Shown here piece by piece: positions 48,051 through 59,650 of a stretch of 64,000 nt of DNA. How positions within the stretch are numbered: the first letter of the stretch is position 1; the number at the start of each line of letters is the position of its first letter. The translations under genes were made by a program, and so were the position numbers. This DNA comes from Setoptus koraiensis (taxonomy: Eukaryota > Animalia > Arthropoda), in assembly GCA_048013815.1 (NCBI GenBank), contig CM106586.1, positions 21,762,001 to 21,826,000 on the forward strand, in the 5' to 3' direction. The notes under the pieces are model-generated. The model did no database searches, was not told the DNA's origin, and saw only the letters and a program-made list of their open reading frames with translations.

Positions 48051-51000
48051 ATACAGGGTACACACGGCTTCTTGTTATTAATATATAACAGTGGACTACT
48101 GTGTAAGATAATGCGTTTGTCAGAGACAGAACAGGTGAAGATAAAGACAACTATAGCACCACCACAACTCCGACACACAATGGACGCTCGCTACACAAGC
48201 ACAACAACTCGCTTTGTATGCCAGACAACCTGTGTAAGCTTGGTATATGTAAGGCACGCCGATGAAGTTGGTGTGAAGGGCACCAACTTCTAGAGCTAAT
48301 TCGATGACCTCAAATAAAATACAAATACGAACAAAAATTCTCAATATAAAATGAAATGTAATATTGTTGCTGGTTATGTTGCTAATGTTCGCTGGAATGG
48401 CTGGCGTGCTTGCATCAACTTGTTCTCATATAGCAACAACAACCACAACAGCGTTGGTTCTTTTCGTCGTCATACAACACACGCTCGACAACATGGTTGT
48501 TGTTCACTTGTTTCCTTTCGTCTCGTTTCGTTTCGTTTTGTTTCGTTTTCGTTTGTTTGTTCAATGAAAACCAATTATTAATTGATTCCAAGTTGCTCCT
48601 TGTTTTTTCCAACAACCGACAAATTGCTACCGCTCATTGCTACTGTATTTCTAATTTGTTAGAATGAGTTAGCGTGAAAATCTAGTAAGCAAACAGTAGA
48701 CTCTTTCTCTCACTTTTTTAACCACCATTCGAGCCTACAATATGCACTCAGACATACAAGCTCTACTACATGTCACCACCCTTTTAATTTTCACTACTCA
48801 TAGTGTGCCATAATCACGGACAATTTAGTATTAACAAATTGTTGCAGACACTTGTTACGCTAATTTTATCAACTGGTGACGAAAAAGTCACTGTTTGCTT
48901 TTGTCATTTTGCCAATACACGTCCTCGATTTTAACTATATGAATCCAGTATCGTGAAATCACGGCTTTTAACTCCATCACCCTTGATGTAACAATGGTAA
49001 TGATTCACAAACAAAGTGAGTCAACAACTCTCATCAACTTGTGACTCGGCAGGTGGACGCATGTTTCGCATTGTGAGCTGGACTTGACTTTGTGTTGCTG
49101 ATATTTGGCATGAATGTCTCCGTTTGATATATCTGGAACCAGATGTGGTGAAAATATTATGGTGCCAAATTATTGAAAGTGGAAAATTTACTTCTCCTCG
49201 TTCAAGCAAACATCTATGCCTAAAACTCCATATGTTGCGTTTGCATTCAACTAAATTCTAGAGTGTTTTTTGGTATAAAATCCTTTGTCATCCGATCCGA
49301 CAAGATTCGACAGGTCATGCATTCGAGACTGATTCTGCTTCTAGACTACCCACTATTGCGACCCACTACCGTGAGAGGCGCTCTTATCTTGATTGGATCT
49401 GTCATGATGTGATTGCTGCCACAAATGATCATGATTTACAAATAATCAAACCAGGGTGTTCAATTCAACAGCATCCCGTGTCAAAATCGATAACATAAGA
49501 GCACCCTGCGCTGTGAACTGAAATTGTGTATCATGCTCCCAAGATTGGATATTTATCGGCCAATATTGAAATTGATTTCATAGAGGAACTGATTGGTCTG
49601 ATATTTCAGATCGAGCCAAATCAGTAAGCAATAGAATATTTGACCATGGCTAAGTTAGCTTTTTGGGTTGCGACAGTGATCTGTCTGCATAGTTATACGA
49701 TCTTACACAATCTTGTACTATGCAAGTTTGGTCACACTATAACCGGCAATCAACAAGATTTAATTAATGGTTTTATTTGATTTGTCATTTATGATTACTG
49801 GAGCTGGAGCTTTTTTTCGGAGAAAATCGATTGATTGCATAGCAATATGAGATCGCAAGCGGTATTTATATGCGGTATTTCTAATTACTAGCGTAATCTT
49901 GACTATGGAAGGAAAATTCCTCATGACAGTCTGATGTATCGAGTCATGCATACTGCGAAGTGCATGCAGGCCTGCTTGCAAACAATACGAGGAGACAAAT
50001 GGTCTGGCTACCGGCAAAAAACTGCTTAGATTTACACTGAAAAGTTCGGTCCGATGGAAAGTGTCCTTGACCTTGATAACCAAGAGTAGCTATTAGATCT
50101 GCTCTTTTTGAATTTCAATGAGGTCCCATTTGTGGTAGATCAAGTTAGGACTACGAAAGAACTGTTCAAATGGATGCAAGTCAGACCATCAAGAGCATTC
50201 TAATGAGGCATTTGGGGGTGTCCGGAAATCTCAATCGGACCATTAATTTTGTCCAGATTTGCTCAAGCCGAAATTTTGGTCTACAAAATAGTGATCTCCC
50301 AGTCTGGAAGACTTCAGACAATGTTCGATTTGTAGAGTGGGAGCATATATAAATGTATTGATTGATGATTATGTTGTTCAGACTAATGATGAGCCACGAG
50401 ACAACGCTAAATAGTTGGTTTGATTGCGATCTGATTGAAAATAGTGAAAAATAGCAAATGGTCCTCCAAGCGAGCGCTTTTGTTGTTAATAGTTAGATTT
50501 GTTGGTTAGTTTTTTATCGCTCCTCTTAGACGAACAAACCAGGCTGCATCAAAACTGATCTTCTTTTCAAATTGCCTCTCATTGATGGTAGCAAATAGTT
50601 ATCAGAATTCATTTGATTTATGTGGGGGTTGTGGTTTGACTTCTGATGCCAACCTGATATTTTAAGCGTACCTTGCGCACTAATTCAGAATAGCTTGATA
50701 TTCCAATATGTTAGTTTGTTATCATAATTGATACTATTTTATACCGTATGAGTCATACGTAATACTCAAAATAATCTGTTGATTTAAATATTCAATGATG
50801 TAGTTGTTGATATAATGACATCTGTGATATTCCTTGGTGCAATCATAATAATAATAATTTATCGATGACAGTAGCAACAGCACCAATTTTCTTCGTCATC
50901 ATACCATGCCTAGACCCACAAACTACAAGCGTGATTATGCTTCAATTTTGTTTACTTGTGTTTTCGTTTGTTTGTTTGTTTAATCCGAACAAATTAATTA

Positions 51001-51569
51001 TGGCACCGCATAGTCACTGTTGGAACTTATGCGAGTATATAGCCTGAAACGAAGTCTAAATAAATTTATTGATGAGTTGACTGCCAATAATTTTGGATAT
51101 ATCAACAAACGACAGAATACCGATATAGTTTGGCCGCAACAAGTGATGTTGTGCGAATGATGACGAGAATGTAGGGTTCTAGGAAGATGAATAATTTATG
51201 CTACATTAATAATGATATCTCTCAGTGATCGTCGCGATGGCAGTCCCGTTCGCTAGGAGAGGAGGGGAGGGGCCGTTCAGCTCTTATTCGGAATAAATAT
51301 CGCCAACTTTTATCCTGAACATTGTCGCATTGAACCCCAATTAACTATGCTGAAGCATTAAGTTATGACGAACTCGCATTTGATTTCATCAATGTAACTT
51401 TCATGGTGGCGTCGATTTATCATCATTGACGTAGAGATTTATATGAATTTGTATAATGCGTCGTGTCTAAATTATGCGAGAAAAGATTTGAGTTGGTAGT
51501 GATCTAAATCCTATTTCACGCATGTGATCTGAATCAATTGTTAGTAAGCTGAATGCGATCAAATAGAAC

Positions 51570-51611
51570 TATAAAAGATCACGAAAACAATATTGTCACC
51601 TGCATTTCAGT
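51570..51611 (+). promoter_or_regulatory. TATA box (TATAAAAG, 51570-51577) with Inr-like TCAGT (51607-51611) upstream of the secreted-protein gene
   Basis: Consensus matches about 85-120 bp upstream of ATG 51693; TATA-Inr spacing is slightly long. Confidence 0.5.
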
Positions 51612-51692
51612 CTATGAACCCAAGTTATCTGAGAGCTGATATAATCATTAGATCAACCCGATAAATCCCTCACCAAAAACGAATTGAACAAG

Positions 51693-52091
51693 ATGCACTC
51701 ATCAAAAAACTTTCAGGTTTTAGTGGCATTTGCCCTTCTCATGATACTATTCCAATCGGCTGAGGGATGTACTAGAGAATTCGCCAAGGCCAGAGTCAGT
51801 ATGTATGCTGCTAGATTCCCTGGTATACTAGAGGAAATGGGCTACCAGAGAATAAACAATCCACAACAGCAGTATGGACAACAGCAGTATGGACAGCAAC
51901 AATTATATGGACAGAACCGTCCATATGGACAGCAGCAATTAAGACCAACTAACAATCTGAATCCAACATTACCAACTAACAATCTCAATCCAACGATACC
52001 AACTAATACCATACCGAACAACCTGAACCCGACAAACACCATACCAAACAATCTGAACCCGACAAACATCATACCAACCGGCCAAACCTAA
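51693..52091 (+). CDS. Small secreted low-complexity protein with QQQYG and PTN(N/T) repeats
   Basis: Signal peptide FQVLVAFALLMILFQSAEG|C. Repeats are codon-aligned. TATA upstream; AATAAA at the stop and near 52207. Confidence 0.8.
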   Translation: MHSSKNFQVLVAFALLMILFQSAEGCTREFAKARVSMYAARFPGILEEMGYQRINNPQQQYGQQQYGQQQLYGQNRPYGQQQLRPTNNLNPTLPTNNLNPTIPTNTIPNNLNPTNTIPNNLNPTNIIPTGQT

Positions 52092-52340
52092 TAAAATTGA
52101 TCCTACCATACCGACAAATATATGAGTTCGGCCATAATGGTCTTTGTTAGAGCACTCTATGCGACTGCTAAACTAAATGTCGTTGAATGAAAGTTGAATT
52201 CAGTCAAATAAAATCAAAACTTTGCAGATAAATACTGGTTAACTGTTCTTTGCAAGATGGGAATCATTCAATTTTACTCGAGTTTTAAACAATATAATAA
52301 ATTAATATATTTTCTTTCTCTTTTGAAGATTGCTCTTTCA

Positions 52341-54434
52341 TTATCCGAATTGGAACTTGAAAGTAAAAGGACCCCCTCCGCCGAACTGACTAAATGGATC
52401 AGGATAGAAACCATGATTTCGACCTTGTTTATTTTCTGGATCTAAAGGATCCTCACCTCTGTCATAGAGTTGCCTTTTTTCTTTATCTGTAAGCACTGCT
52501 TTGGCATCTGCAATGTCCATGAACTTTTCCTGAGCAATTTTTTTATCATCCTCCTTCTGATGCCTATCTGGATGCCACTTAGCGGCCAGCTTTCTATAAG
52601 CCCTGTTGATCTCAGTCTCACCGGCACCCCTTAGAGAGAAGAAAAATATGGTCAACTAATATGCTACGACTGAAGTGGACAAAAACTGGGGGCGCATTCA
52701 TTCAAACCTACCTGCTAACTCCGAGAATCTTGTAGTAGTCTCTCTTCTTTCTTTGTTTCTGAACTTTTTTAGTTTTTTCTACGCCTTCCCGAGCTCGTTT
52801 ATTTTGTTTAACTTTTTGTGATTCCTGGTATAGTTTGAGGGCTGTTTTGGAGAAAAAGGTAACCATTATTGGAATATTCATTTCATTTAAGAAAATTAGC
52901 TCAATAATCTTCCAATCACCGATATTTACCTTCGTCGTAGTCTCCTTTGTCCGATAAAAGATCCGCTTTATCACATAATAATTCGTGCAGTTCAATTTCT
53001 GTGGAAAAAAGAAATGTGATTCCAATGTTAATAAAAATGTGAGCCTATTTGGATATTATATCATCCTCGCAACCGTAACTCACCTAAACCTTCAATTCCC
53101 CCTTCTGGATGTCTTGACTCGATCGCGTCGGTGCATACGGCGAGTCCATCAATCAGATCTCCGGACTTGAGTTAATGACATAAGACAAGATTAGAATAAC
53201 TGTAGATCTACTCATTTATATCTGAAGAATAATTTCTTAACGTTCGCCAACTTACCTTACTTAAACAATGGCACATGACAGATTTTATCGAGTAAGAAAC
53301 TCTGGGTAGTTCGCTACCTAAAACTTTCAGAGCATTTTTTCCTTGGGTGTGGCAGGCGTCATTATCTTTTTCTTGAGATGATTCAAGCATAAGCGTTATG
53401 TGATTGTTCAACTTTTTGGTTGGTTTGTAATGTTTCATACAGGCCTGGTTATGTAGCATGTAAACAGAGTGGTTGTGACGAGAAAAATAAATAAATAATT
53501 AGTCTTCAAAACTAGCGGGTATTAGAACCAGAGCTCATTGGGAATTTCCCAGCATATTGATTTACAAACCTGGTTATCGGGGTCAAGTTTGAGACATTCT
53601 CGAATATAGTTGAGAGATTCACTTATGTCTCCAGAAGCATAACTAAGTTTGGATATGGTAAGAAATATGGTGGCATCTACAGTTAGTTTTGCCATTGTTC
53701 TGTAGTCGCTTATCGCGCGTCTGGTTTCCCCAATTTTCTCGAAGGCTTTTGCTCGCATTTTTAGTAGTTCTATGTTCCATGGTATTGATTCAATCAGCGG
53801 TTCAAAAGATCGTAGAGCTTCATCATAGCGATTTTCGTCTATTAAATCTTGAACGTTCATGAAATCATCTTTGAGCCTTTCAATTCTTTGATACATCTTG
53901 ATGGCTTCTTCATTATTGGCATCACTTCTTAAAACAGTCTCAAAGTCGATATGTGCCTCATCTAATCTTCCCAACTTGATATAGAGATGGCCTCTCTGAT
54001 TCAGTGCTGATACAAAATCTTGCTTCAATTCTATAGCTTTGTTCAAATCATCTAGAGCTGGCTTTGGCCTGCTAAGAGCAAGGAATACTGTAGCTCTCCT
54101 AAAGTAAGTTAAATAATTGTTGGGATCTTCATCGATAGCTGCATGAAAATGAGGTAGTGCATCACTGTATTGACCCTGAGCTAATAATCGTTTAGCCATT
54201 TCCAGATGATTAGAAGATTGTTCAGCAACCGCTGAACCTAAGACTGTTCGATGAATAAAAATAGATTAAGCAGGTAAAGAATGATTAGTTTAGTTTAGAT
54301 ACACTCAAAGATTCTTCGCTGTAAGATGGCTGAAAAGTAGAAGAAAGTTATTTACCTTCAAACGCATAACTCAACAGGAAGTAATAATGCACGGAGTGGT
54401 AAAGGTTTTTCGGGTGATCAAGTAATGATTTCAT
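52341..54434 (-). CDS. DNAJC3: DnaJ homolog subfamily C member 3 (P58IPK); exons 54434-54356, 54237-53570, 53444-53256, 53165-53084, 52998-52930, 52841-52712, 52629-52341
   Basis: TPRs (HLEMAKRLLAQGQYSDALPHFHAA, YLTYFRRATVFLA), KRDYYKILGV and J-domain KWHPD; tail DPLDPE…FKFQF. All six introns are GT-AG and keep the frame. Confidence 0.95.
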
Positions 54435-55373
54435 TACTGTAGATTACTTGGATGAATGATGATTCAATATAATATAATATATTATGGCTAGGATTAATAT
54501 ATCACATACAAGTCTATCAACTATGAATATGTGATAGCAAGATTGTATTTGTTTTCGTCCTAGGCTCGTCTTATATTCAATTTGAGGTACTTGATTGTAT
54601 CGCCTATCCACATAACACTTGGGCGTGTATCATCTGAGTTGATAAGCCATTGTGGACCCGATAATAATGATGTTCTTTTGGTTATATTGCAATACCCCAG
54701 GATTTATAACAATTGACAGTTATATGAAGTATTACAAGTTAGATAAATGATATTGTGACAGAAAATATTGATAAATTCTATCCTATTTGCCTATGTCGTC
54801 TCACTAATAATGGAAGTGTCGATTATCAGTTCAACTAATCGCTTTGAGTATATACTTTACTGGGACTTTACAACAGTAGCAATTTTTATTTGCCTTCAGG
54901 GTGTCACCACCAAGTTTAAATATTTTCTGTATCTGAAGGTGCCCAATAATGATGTAACGATATTCTTGGACATATACTACAGTGTAAAGTATACTTGTTA
55001 TTAAATAGCGACACAATGACACGTAATGATAATGTTTGAATTCTCTGTATATGATATCGTCCTATAGATGGATCTTTTTTTTTATTAAAGATATTCAAAA
55101 TGTGTGCAGCAATGAAAACAACCAGCTCTACTAAAGACACGTAACATAGTCGGATTGGCTGGAAAAATGGCGCTATATTCAAACATGCGAAACTGCTAAT
55201 CGTATGGGAATAATGGTAGAGAGTGGTGGTTTTCGTTTTGTGAGAACAACATCTCTGACAAATCATATATTAGGATGAGAGTACAAAACAATCAATCTGT
55301 TGATATCTTTGTTGGGTGGTTGATTTGATTTGAGGTGTCGTAGTATGGTATTGGGCGGTTTGTTGGTGCGCGT

Positions 55374-55733
55374 CTACTTCCTATCCGTCTTGATTGTCTT
55401 AGACTGATGTTGTTGGTGTTGTTGATGTTGGTCCCCATCAGCTAGGTCGCCTAGATCCCTTATGTAGTCAATGACACTCTTGAGAATGTTTAACTTGGTC
55501 ACTTTCTTTTCACTGGGTATGTTTGGGACCATGTTTTGCAATTTGTCTAGCAGTGCCCTCTCGTTCAATCTGTTTGCGTTGGTTGCCTTGTGATGATTAC
55601 TGTTTGAGCTGTTTCGTCCATTAGAGCTACCGCTACTGTTGTTGTGATTGGTGTTGCTGTTGCTGGCGTCATCGTTGGTGGACGACGACACTACCGGCGA
55701 TGAATTGTCGTTACGTTCCCTCTTCATGGTCAT
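55374..55733 (-). CDS. emc: Extra macrochaetae / Id-family HLH protein lacking the basic region
   Basis: LLDKLQNMVPNIPSEKKVTKLNILKSVIDYIRDL is the Id/Emc HLH signature; single exon, 119 aa. Confidence 0.9.
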   Translation of the reverse strand: MTMKRERNDNSSPVVSSSTNDDASNSNTNHNNSSGSSNGRNSSNSNHHKATNANRLNERALLDKLQNMVPNIPSEKKVTKLNILKSVIDYIRDLGDLADGDQHQQHQQHQSKTIKTDRK

Positions 55734-55974
55734 AGCTGATCGATTATTATCCGGCCGCTTGTTGTGCGATTGACTGGTTGTGATGAATAATTAAATTATA
55801 TGTACAGTTTGTAGTGGGTGCCAAACAATTTGAGTTAAATTGTCAAAAAAATGTTGAACTCTTATTGTGTGTCTATATATATACAAATAAGTGAAATAAA
55901 AACAACAAAACAAAATATTGAGCTGGCCGTCAGACTGCATTCTGTTGAATTGCTTTGAGCGCGACCCCTAGCTA

Positions 55975-56701
55975 CCCCCGCAGGTGCAAATTGTGAGTGG
56001 GGGAAAGGAATGAGCGTTCTTTGGTTGGTTTGGCTTGTGCGCGACACAACGAACGACGCGCAAATAAACCGTGTGCGCATTCGGTCCTGTCATTCGGTCG
56101 AACGCCGAACGCCGCCGATCAAGCCGACATTGGCCCTGGGTCAAGCTCACGAACAAACATTCGAACTGTTCGATTGTTTGTGTCGAACTCGCACACACAA
56201 AATACCCAAACGCCGTTAGTGTGTGTGTGTTGCTTGTGAGAAATTCTCACCGAGAATCCTCGGCCTTATTCGAACGAATGCACGTGCTTTCCCTCCCTGT
56301 TCTCTGTCTTCTTCTTCTTCTTTCACAATGTCAGTACAATCTATTTTACCTGTGACTCACAGGCTGTGAGAAACTGAGCGCAGCCAAACATGAGACGACC
56401 GGCCAAAAGGTGGGCGCGGCACCACCAATCTCCAGGTGTCCTAATGGACGCAATTAATATTACGATATTATCAATTTCTCAGGGCCCACAACGCGGCCAC
56501 TGGAGGCTACTCGCTTCGAACGTTCCATGTTCGAATTGCTCCCTTCGGACGCCGCCAGCACCACCAACAACACCAGCACCACCACCAACAACAACAAACA
56601 AAGACAACCTCTATGCTTGATGATTATGCACCGACGCACAGTCGGCCTGTGCACCTGTGCACCGTGAACTTTTTCGAACATCATGAGACATTTTGTGAGA
56701 A
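55975..56701. promoter_or_regulatory. Candidate Su(H)/CSL sites and proneural E-boxes upstream of emc
   Basis: TGTGAGAA at 56235, 56365 and 56694; inverted TTCTCAC at 56244; GCAGGTG at ~55980; GCACCTGT at ~56651. Confidence 0.4.
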
Positions 56702-57760
56702 GATGGCAACAGGTTTCGATAAAGTGGACGCCAGATCAAATGCACTCGTGTGCATGCAAATGTACAACACAAGACGCTTTATCCATACTAATCCTGTATC
56801 GATGAAGCAGCGAAGAAAATTAAAATGATTTCTGCGATTCAACAATCTAATGATTGATTGATAATGCAGAGTAAGAGATTAGATCTGCTCAAGGTATTAT
56901 TTCAACGACTTTGCCAAGACTTTCAATTTGTGTGTTAATTAAATGTGTCGGTGCATGTCAATGATTCAATTTACGACAACACTTTTGAATGAAGCTCTCG
57001 GTGGCGATGCGCAACCAATCAAAAATAACTATAGAATCTTCATTAGCGGCTCATAAATTGTCAACCGATCATAACTTATTTTGGTTAACATAGTGTAAGC
57101 GGCCAGTTGAACTTGTAGGCATGCCGATAATTCATTAATTTTGATCTGCTTGAACTTTTGTCGTGTTACTGTCGTCATCAGTACAGTATAGTGTTCTAAT
57201 AGAAAATGCTTGGTTTGGTGCTTCAACCACCGAGACAACCTGCCACTTTCATCCGTTTCTACTTGGAGGGAAGTGAAAGTCGGGAGTTTTCACCACTTTC
57301 CACCAAAAATGAGAGAAAATGGTGAAAAATCGGAGTTTCTTTATTTATGAGCCAGAAGATAAACCGAATCTACCACAAGGAAGAAACGGCAAAACTGACC
57401 GAAAGTGGTTTAAAACATTGAGTTCCTACCGAGACACTGGTACAATGGAACAAACTAGCTTAGATAGATTTATTGAGATAGTGTAGAACCTTTAGTTTTT
57501 TTGTGGTTTTCGATATAACTACCGTCATTCACCTATATTGTCTGACAGTTGTGAGTTGTGGATGACATTTGACTCAAATGATTTGACAGAGGTGTTGTAA
57601 ACAACAAGTAGTGGCGTGCAAAGTATTTTCACCTCGGCAAGTTAGGTGATTTCATCAAGGCGTGTGTAGATGCTGTTTTTTTCTCTTTACATAATCAACG
57701 AGCTGTTTCAACAGGCGCGTTAGGGAGACTAATTGTGACTTGTATAGTCATCTGAATATA

Positions 57761-58187
57761 TTCACCACCGATGACGTCTGTCGAAGAGACGGGAAGAGGG
57801 AGAGAAAGAGAATGGTAGAAAGTTTCGCTGACGGTAGAGGGTGTTTCAATCTGTTCTCATATTGTGTTGCGCGCCGGCACAAAATCGCCCCCTTTTCGCT
57901 GTTCAAATAAAGCTAATCACAACTAGCTATATGAAAGGCAGCGGAAACGCCGTCGACGAACAATTGATTTTGGATTTGACACAGAACAATTATAAATTTA
58001 GTGTGGATCGACTATCACCGAAAAAATAGCTGATGCCGGTTATATTGAACGATACTTTAGATAGTCTCTCTAAACATTTGCTTTTACAAGGACATAAACA
58101 AACGCAGCACATCTTTTGACAATCAATCTTTTCACGCGACAGGGACTGTTACACACACTTGAGCAAACAGCAGGTCCAAGAGTACTC
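57761..58187 (+). repeat. ~420-bp direct repeat, copy 1
   Basis: Colinear with 59249-59650; e.g. gagaatggtagaaagtttcgctgacggtagagggtgtttcaatctgttctcatattgt and cacacacttgagcaaacagcaggtcc. Confidence 0.9.
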
Positions 58188-58192
58188 ACAAT

Positions 58193-58992
58193 CTAAACCT
58201 CATTCACAGGCACGAGAGATTCCAACTGACTTGAGCCTGAATCTTCTCTCCTGATCGAGCTGACAAGCTAAACCTCATTCACGGGCACGAGAGATTCCAA
58301 CCGACTATAGCCTGAATCTTCTCTCTTGGTCAAGCTGAGCAAGAAAAGGTATACCAGAACATCATTTAAGGACTAATTTTTGGAATAATTGGAATAATAA
58401 TACAACGAAGTTGCACGTCCGGAAGTGTTTTTGGCATATCAATTGAAGGCCGTAATGAAGGGAACCGATGAAGGACAGCAGTCCACCCCAAAACCATCAT
58501 CATCTACAAATGTTGTGAGTCCGGACGAAAAAGAGGCGAGATCAAGAGCGCCAAAATTGCAGCCGTACATCATGCAGATCGGTAGCGACTTCATCGATGC
58601 CTTGATTTGTCAAATGGACCTGGTGTTCACAAACAACTTCGAGAAAAAAATGTCGTCCTCATATAGGAAGGTGAAATTTTGCCGGTCCGAAGATTGGTTA
58701 CTGAAACCAACACAAGAAATGTGTAGAGAGTCTAATTGTCATTCCTTGTGACGGACTCAACTCTTGCAGATGGGTTGATCCTCATTGCCACAGGTCAGTT
58801 GAGTCCGTCACAAGAAATAAGCGACAATTAAACTCCGTACACATTTCTTGTGTTAGTTTCAGTAACCAATCTTCGGACCGGCAGAATTTCACCTTCCTAT
58901 ATGAGGCAACATTTTTTTCTCGAAGTTGTTTGTGAACACCACTCTGTATTAATTACGCTAGAAATCACCAACCAATCAACTAAACAATCAAA
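58193..58992. mobile_element. Second copy (locus B) of the repeat family seen at 16.7-18.5 kb: two tandem 75-bp units, shared left and right flanks, interior ORF fragment and long hairpin
   Basis: 75-bp units at ~58194 and ~58269. 58336-58386 matches 17377-17427 at 47/51; 58944-58992 matches 18211-18259 at 47/49. Confidence 0.75.
58621..58941. repeat. Long near-perfect inverted repeat: arms 58621-58762 and 58797-58941, 34-nt loop
   Basis: tggtgttcacaaacaacttcgagaaaaaaatg…gtgacggactcaact pairs with agttgagtccgtcac…catttttttctcgaagttgtttgtgaacacca, with only a handful of mismatches and small indels. Confidence 0.95.
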
Positions 58993-59248
58993 ATTTTTAT
59001 ATTGTATACCAATAGGTGAGTACTAATAGGTGACGGACCAATACGGGCAAATTAATGTTGTTGTTGTTTTTGTGTCGACAGCAGTATATTTTGGACATTG
59101 GCAGTATTGGGCCATGTATGAAATACCACGGCCGTGTCGATTACTCATTTGCTGATCATCACTTCCTGCGCGAAACGCCAACAAATTTAATTTGTCCAGT
59201 TACCGGCAATCACTTAACAGACAACACACTTGCGTTCTTGAGCTCACA

Positions 59249-59650
59249 TTCTCCACAGATGACGTTTGTCAAAGAGAGGGGAGAGAGAGAGAGAGAGAAT
59301 GGTAGAATGTTTCGCTGACGGCAGAGGGTGTTTCAATCTATTCTCATATTGTTGTGTTGCTTGTCGACACAAACTCGACCCGTATCGCTGTTCGAATAAA
59401 GCTCACCACATCTAGTCGTGTCAAAGTCGGCAGAAATCCCGTCGACTCGTCACAATAATTGATTTCAGACTAGTCACAGAACTATTACAGTGTGAACCGA
59501 TCATTACCGGAAGAATAGCTAATACCGGTTAGATTGAACCATACTTTAGATAGTCTCTTGGAACGTGACGCATACATTTGGATAATCAATCTTCTCATGC
59601 GACGGGAACTATTGCACACACTTGAGCAAACAACAGGTCCGAGAATACTC
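59249..59650 (+). repeat. ~400-bp direct repeat, copy 2
   Basis: Colinear diverged copy of 57761-58187. Confidence 0.9.

Noticed and set aside
57241-57330. Short inverted repeat ttttcacca/tggtgaaaa with tcg(g)gagttt direct repeat
   Set aside because: It is short and AT-rich, and I found no second copy or TSD.
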